Positions 56,771 to 64,000 of a stretch of DNA of 64,000 nt are shown here, one piece after another. The stretch's first letter is position 1, and each line of letters starts with the position of its first letter. The notes under the pieces are model-generated. The model was not told the origin of the DNA, made no database searches, and worked only from the letters and a program-made list of their open reading frames with translations. Position numbers and translations under genes: made by a program. Source of the DNA: Octopus vulgaris (taxonomy: Eukaryota); contig OX597831.1 in NCBI GenBank assembly GCA_951406725.2, forward strand, positions 33,914,001 through 33,978,000, in the 5' to 3' direction.

Positions 56771-58919
56771 AACCCTTATTACCTTTTACTCCCTTCAGTC
56801 ATAAGACTGTGAGCTTTGTGGGGCACCGCCATATGATTGTTAAATTTATTTTTTCGTTGTCGTTGTAAGTACTTTTGTTGCTCATCTAGCCTCGGGTCTA
56901 TTCTGTTCAAAGTTATATATACCTATGATCAAAGGCGTTCTAGCTGCGACCAACCTGACTTCGTTTGCCAGTTTAGTGTATCTAAAATTTCGCTTTTCAG
57001 TAAAGACTTGATTCTGATTTTGAAGGCAGCAACTTGGCTGCTATTCCTAAAATTTCGAGAAGCCATATTGCACAGACTTTTAAAAAATTTTTGTCAGCTC
57101 AGAACCCCACCCCAAAAAAGAAAAAAACGTAATAACAATAATATTTGGCACTCCTATGAGAACCGAACCAATACAATTATTTCATCACGCCCACTACTTT
57201 ACCAATTACTCCATAGACCTCATTCGTCGACGTCATTTTTATTGTTGTTATTGGTCTTATTGTAGTAGTAGTAGTTGTTGTTGTTATTGTTATTGATGTG
57301 TTATTGTTTAATGCCGTCTCTTAGTAATTGAGATAAGATTTACTAATTGACCTCAATTAGTTAATTGTTGATGTCTTATTTAGATTGCAGTCAGTGCGAA
57401 GGCAAACAAATCAAAGCAAACATCAAAACAAAAAGAGAACAACAACCGTGTACTCCATCAGGGATCATACAAAATGGCTGCTCTTTAATCTCGTCGTCAT
57501 CTGCCTTCTTCATCTTGGTCGCCATTTTATTTCTGATTCTTCCCTCTTTACTAGTTCTTTACGTGCTCTACTTTCTCACTATCTTTCGCTTTTTCCTACT
57601 CCTTCCTAGTCTTTTCTATTCCTTTTCATGTTTATTTTGTTATAGAACAGAGAATTATAAAAACAAAATGACAATAACAGAATCAAATACAAAACGTACA
57701 ACAACTACGATAAAATCTGTTTCTTAAAGACAAGCATAAAACATAACAGTGAGTGTGTGTGTGTATGTATGTATGTATGTATGTATGTATGTATGTATGT
57801 ATGTATGTATGTATGTATGTATGTATGCATGTATGTATGCATGTATAAATGCTTGCGGATAAAAATGAAGCAAAACTGCAAAAATTACATACAAAAATAA
57901 ATAATGAATTGGCAATACATTATAAGTAATAGAAATAGAAATATTGTGAAAGACTATAAGATGTGCGTGGTTACGAGATTGTTTATTTTGACACAATACA
58001 ATATTTTATCATTCTTTGTTTATACTAACGGCAGCTGAATTGAATGTAACTGGAGCACTTTATCGACTAAAATATTATATGCTTATATATGTATGTGTGT
58101 GTATACATGTATGCGTGTGGGTGTATATATATAAACACACATACACACACACATAGACGCACATTTATGTATATAAGCATATATATATAAACACACAAAT
58201 ACATGCACACGCACAAACACAAACACACACACACACATATGTATATATATATATACACATACGTACATACTTGCGTGTGCATGTATGCATGTAAATATGT
58301 ATGTGTATATGTATATATATATATAATTTAAAGAAAACGGAAAATGGAGATAACATTGATGAACAACTATTCATCTGCATCAAGTATTATTTATTAATAA
58401 TTTACAAAAAGACTGCATCCCATCTAACAGCTGTTTCTGTTGCCAATGTCCCTTGGAAAAGACATTATGATGAAGCTCCATCATTCAAATCGGTTTTATT
58501 ACCAGCAATGATAAATATTCTCTTAGCTTCATAATGGGACACCTATCCAAGATGACACCTATCCGTCCATTGTAAATCATGTTGTGGTCTTCATTTATAC
58601 GCCATTGGAACCAGGTAACCGGCCTTACGAGGCTTAGGGTACGAGGGAAAATATATGGTTATATCTAGAGATTTATACATTACATTACACACATATATAC
58701 AGGTGTGTGTGCCTGTGCGTGCATGCACGAGTGCGTGCGTGTGGGATGTCCATTATAATATATTATTTTGCAGCGGAGTGAAAATCTGTCAAATCTGTTT
58801 TGACTTATTCTTGCTATGGACACTTGTTCCCAGGTAAAATATAATTCGTGTGGATCCAGCTTTTATTTGAATTCAGAACACTGGGTTACTAGGACTAAAG
58901 AAGACTGCAAGAAATATAT

Positions 58920-59333
58920 TCTTTTCTACTCTAGGCACATGGCCCGACATTTTGGGGGAGGAGGCCAGTCGATTAGATCGACCACAGTAAGCAACTGGTA
59001 CTTAATTCATCGACCCCGAAAGAATGAAAGGCAAATCAACCTCTGCAGAATTTGAACTAAGAAGACAGACGGAATACCGCTAAACATTTCGCCTGGCGAA
59101 ATATATATATCTTTATTGCCCACAAGGGGCTAAACACAGACGGGACAAACAAAGACAGACAAAGGGACTAAGTCGATTACATCGAATCAAGTGCGTAACT
59201 GGTACTTAATTTATCGAACCCGAAAGGATGAAAGGCAAAGTCGACCCCGGCGTAATTTGAACTCAGAACGTAACGGCAGATAGAATACTGCTAAGCATTT
59301 CGCCCGGAGTGCTAACGTTTCTGCCAGCTCGCT
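58920..59333 (-). mobile_element. SINE family A dimer
   Basis: Two reverse-complement core units with both tail types. Confidence 0.82.
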
Positions 59334-59878
59334 GCAGGAAATATATTACAGCTCTTCACTCATTTTTGTGCCAAACAGCTATGATACATTACTTTTTTTT
59401 GTGGGGGGGGATCTTTGTTTCGTTACTCATTTATCGAAAGAAAAAGCTAAACTACGCAAATTACTTTGCAGAAGTCTTTATTTACTATAACTTACCTTTC
59501 ACATATATCAACACCACCACCACTATCATCATCCCTATCATCCGATCATCACAATCATCTCATCATATTAGTATTAGCATCATTCATTTTGGATTTGATA
59601 ATTACACTCCTTGAAAAACATATAGTATTCTATTTTATATTTATTGTCAAATTGTTTGGTTTTTCTTTGTCGGTAAGAAATTAAATTAATTAATTACTCA
59701 TTATTACATACATCAAGATTAACTGGAGGCAACACTTAAGATGTTGAAGTAGGAAAATATGGAAACAAGACAAAAATACATATAAAATTTGAAGGAAAAT
59801 CAACAACAAAATTCTCATATACTTGTAAGCACACATTTACATATTCATAGGCGTGCGCGCTACACACACACACACAAA

Positions 59879-59918
<40 letters not shown>

Positions 59919-60192
59919 TAAAAACATGTATGTATATATATATGAGTTTGAAATCTGCTGACGTCAGCGTTGCTGTTCATAATTCCCGAGGCGATGAAAT
60001 GAAGAAATAAATATTAAATTATTAACAGATATATACACGATAGGCATCATAAGAATCAACTAAAGTGTATGAAGACATCGTGATTTATTATATGTATATA
60101 TGTATGTATATATGTTTGTATGTATGTATGTATGTATGTATGTATGTATGTATCTATCTATCTATCTATCTATCTATCAGTCTATCTCTTTT

Positions 60193-60269
<77 letters not shown>

Positions 60270-60987
60270 CCATGATGTGACGGTGATTTGAAGAACTAGC
60301 TTTATTTGCAATGGTTTTCGAATATATTCTTATTGAAGTTCGTCAGACCGAGCAGGGTGTCAAGGATGCATATAAATACAAATATGTAAGCATAATTTCT
60401 TCTATACAGAAATTATTACCATTCGTAGAGGGCTGAGAAACGGCCGTGACCCCCAGGACGTAATTAGGTTAAACAAATATATTCATTTCTCATTCCACCT
60501 GGCTTTCATGGGGTATACATATATATACATGCATTCATATATACTTACATACATAAGCATACATATACACACGCATATATATATTCATTTGTTATGTGCA
60601 ACTGAAACACTATTTGTTCAAAATAGCTATCTGTGTCATACGCTTAAGAAAGATATAACATGAAGAGGTTAATTTACTGCGCTACTTGTCATGGGATACT
60701 ATCTCTTTTAGACTACAGTGTTCAGTAACAAAAACATGCATCAGTAGCAGACGATACTTGCTTCTGACGAAGCATAAAAAGGCAGAAATATGCATTCAGC
60801 AATACCACCAGCGTTGGTGGCCGAATTTTTGTTATTTAATACTGTATATCTATAAGCGATACTATGTATTTCAGGACTAAAACTACAGTTAGTTACGCTT
60901 TTCACGATATACATACATACATACATACAGACACGCGCACATACACACACACATACACACATACACGCATACACACACATATATATG

Positions 60988-61041
<54 letters not shown>

Positions 61042-61568
61042 CATACATATATTATATATATATATACATATATATATATATAATATAATACATATAATAT
61101 ATAATATAATACATATAATTATATATTTCTAATATATAATAAATATATATATAATAAACATATATACATGATATATATAAATATATATGTATAATATTAT
61201 ATATATATATATATAATTATATATATGGTATATTATAATACAACATATATATATAAATATATATACATATATATATATATAACATATATATCACATATAT
61301 GAATATATGCATACGTACATACATACATACATACATACATGCATATGTATGTACATATAACTATATATGTAGGGCTCGGCATGAGGTACAATTGAGGGCA
61401 GCGGTGTCAAAATCCCTCATACATCAAATGAGCCAATAACGAGGGCAAAATCACACGCAGGAGTAGTGATGTGAAACCCCCACCGCCCTGAAAAAAAATC
61501 AACGAATAAAAAATCACACGTAAAAGTGCAATATCATGACCGCAGCCGCATGCCGGCAACAAATAAAA

Positions 61569-61604
<36 letters not shown>

Positions 61605-61866
61605 CCACTCTTTTTTTCCATCCTTGTACTTAGCGTGAAGCTAATACATTCCATGTTTACGTTCTTTTGACGTTTGTTGTTTTATTTTTAATTTTTCATT
61701 TGACTACAAATATATATTGTTGGATTTACCTGTCATGCATGAGGATTTACTGGGGATTTGCATGCTACTTACATTTACTGGTATCTGATTGTTGGTAATT
61801 TGAACTTATTCTTTTATACTGAGTGCTTAATTGATGTCTGCTAGGATTTTTATATCCTATGTTTTC

Positions 61867-61948
<82 letters not shown>

Positions 61949-61990
61949 CTCTCTATATATATGTAAATATATATAAATATACATATATAA

Positions 61991-63112
<1,122 letters not shown>

Positions 63113-63242
63113 GTTCCCTTTTAGCACGTAAGGTGTCCTGTTATGGTCACCCCTTTCGTGTATAATGTTGTCTATTGACTACTTTATGCATCCTAGCCAC
63201 TGGTAGAAAATTCCTCTGAGTTTTCTACCCTATATATGTATA

Positions 63243-63298
<56 letters not shown>

Positions 63299-64000
63299 TA
63301 TATTCTAAGGAATCTAATGCTCTAAGCTTAATTTTCCTGGCCAGATTTGAGCAATCTCAAGTATAACCAGCCGAAATTGCAAATATAATCTGGAACTCGA
63401 CTGCGGAAAGAAAACTCCGAATTACCCGTCCTTGTTTTCTTTGTAGCGTTTATCTGGATGTTTTACGTTCTTGCCCATTTTGTATTTTTTATATACAAAA
63501 CATAGCGGCGTACGTACACTTCAAACTCTTTTATATGTAAGTATATATTTATGTAAATCATGCACAACTCTATTCTTTCTATTACTCTTTCCTTCTTTCT
63601 GTCAGCCCTTTCACGCTTACTTCGTTCATTCCACTCTTCGTTCTTTCGTTCCCGCTCTCTCACATTTCCTTGCCTTCTCTTCTTGCTCACTTTCCCTCCT
63701 CTTTTCACTTCACTGTGTCTCTGTCATTTTTCTCTCCCCTCCTTATTTCTTCTGTCCCTCTGTCTCTACCTCTCTCTCTCTCTCACTTCTCTCCCCACGT
63801 GACCGGTGTTCGGCCAAGCCTGACCTTCCTTTCTTGGTTCAGCCGCTGTACGTGTATCTATATTCCTCCCTGTGCCTCTGAAATCTAGTATCCCTGCCGT
63901 AAGGTTTTACTGCCACAGACACCAGCTTAATTCAATTCGTCCTTAGTCGAAAGACCCACTGTTAATGTCCTGTTATTTGTATTTGTGTAACATTCTCCGT

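Noticed and set aside
58774-58833. Possible 60-bp exon with AG/GT boundaries
   Set aside because: Splice-like signals only; no support without transcripts.
61371-61560. Possible MITE with cggcatg inverted ends
   Set aside because: Inverted match is only ~10 bp, single copy, no clear TSD.

Overview
AT-rich eukaryotic, non-genic-looking DNA, saturated with microsatellites and transposable elements. The SINE families and repeat landscape resemble an octopus (coleoid cephalopod) genome; this is recognition from memory, not a database result. I could support no host protein-coding exon; almost all listed ORFs are microsatellite translations. Real coding content is all transposon-derived: (1) a head-to-tail array of R4/Dong-type restriction-like-endonuclease (RLE) non-LTR retrotransposons embedded in (TAA)n at 36.3-43.3 kb, the first near full length with a single -1 frameshift next to YMDD; (2) four 5'-truncated Tx1/L1-like LINE copies, all associated with (TCTA)n; (3) a decayed mariner transposase; (4) a fragmented CR1-group LINE. 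There are also three tRNA-derived SINE families and Penelope-like ends with hammerhead-like motifs. Most interesting: an apparent >=135-bp target-site duplication in the Dong array, candidate (TCTA)n targeting by a Tx1-like family, a five-piece templated insertion at 62.1-62.3 kb copied from 58.4-59.8 kb, and two fold-back inverted duplications centred on (TA)n.
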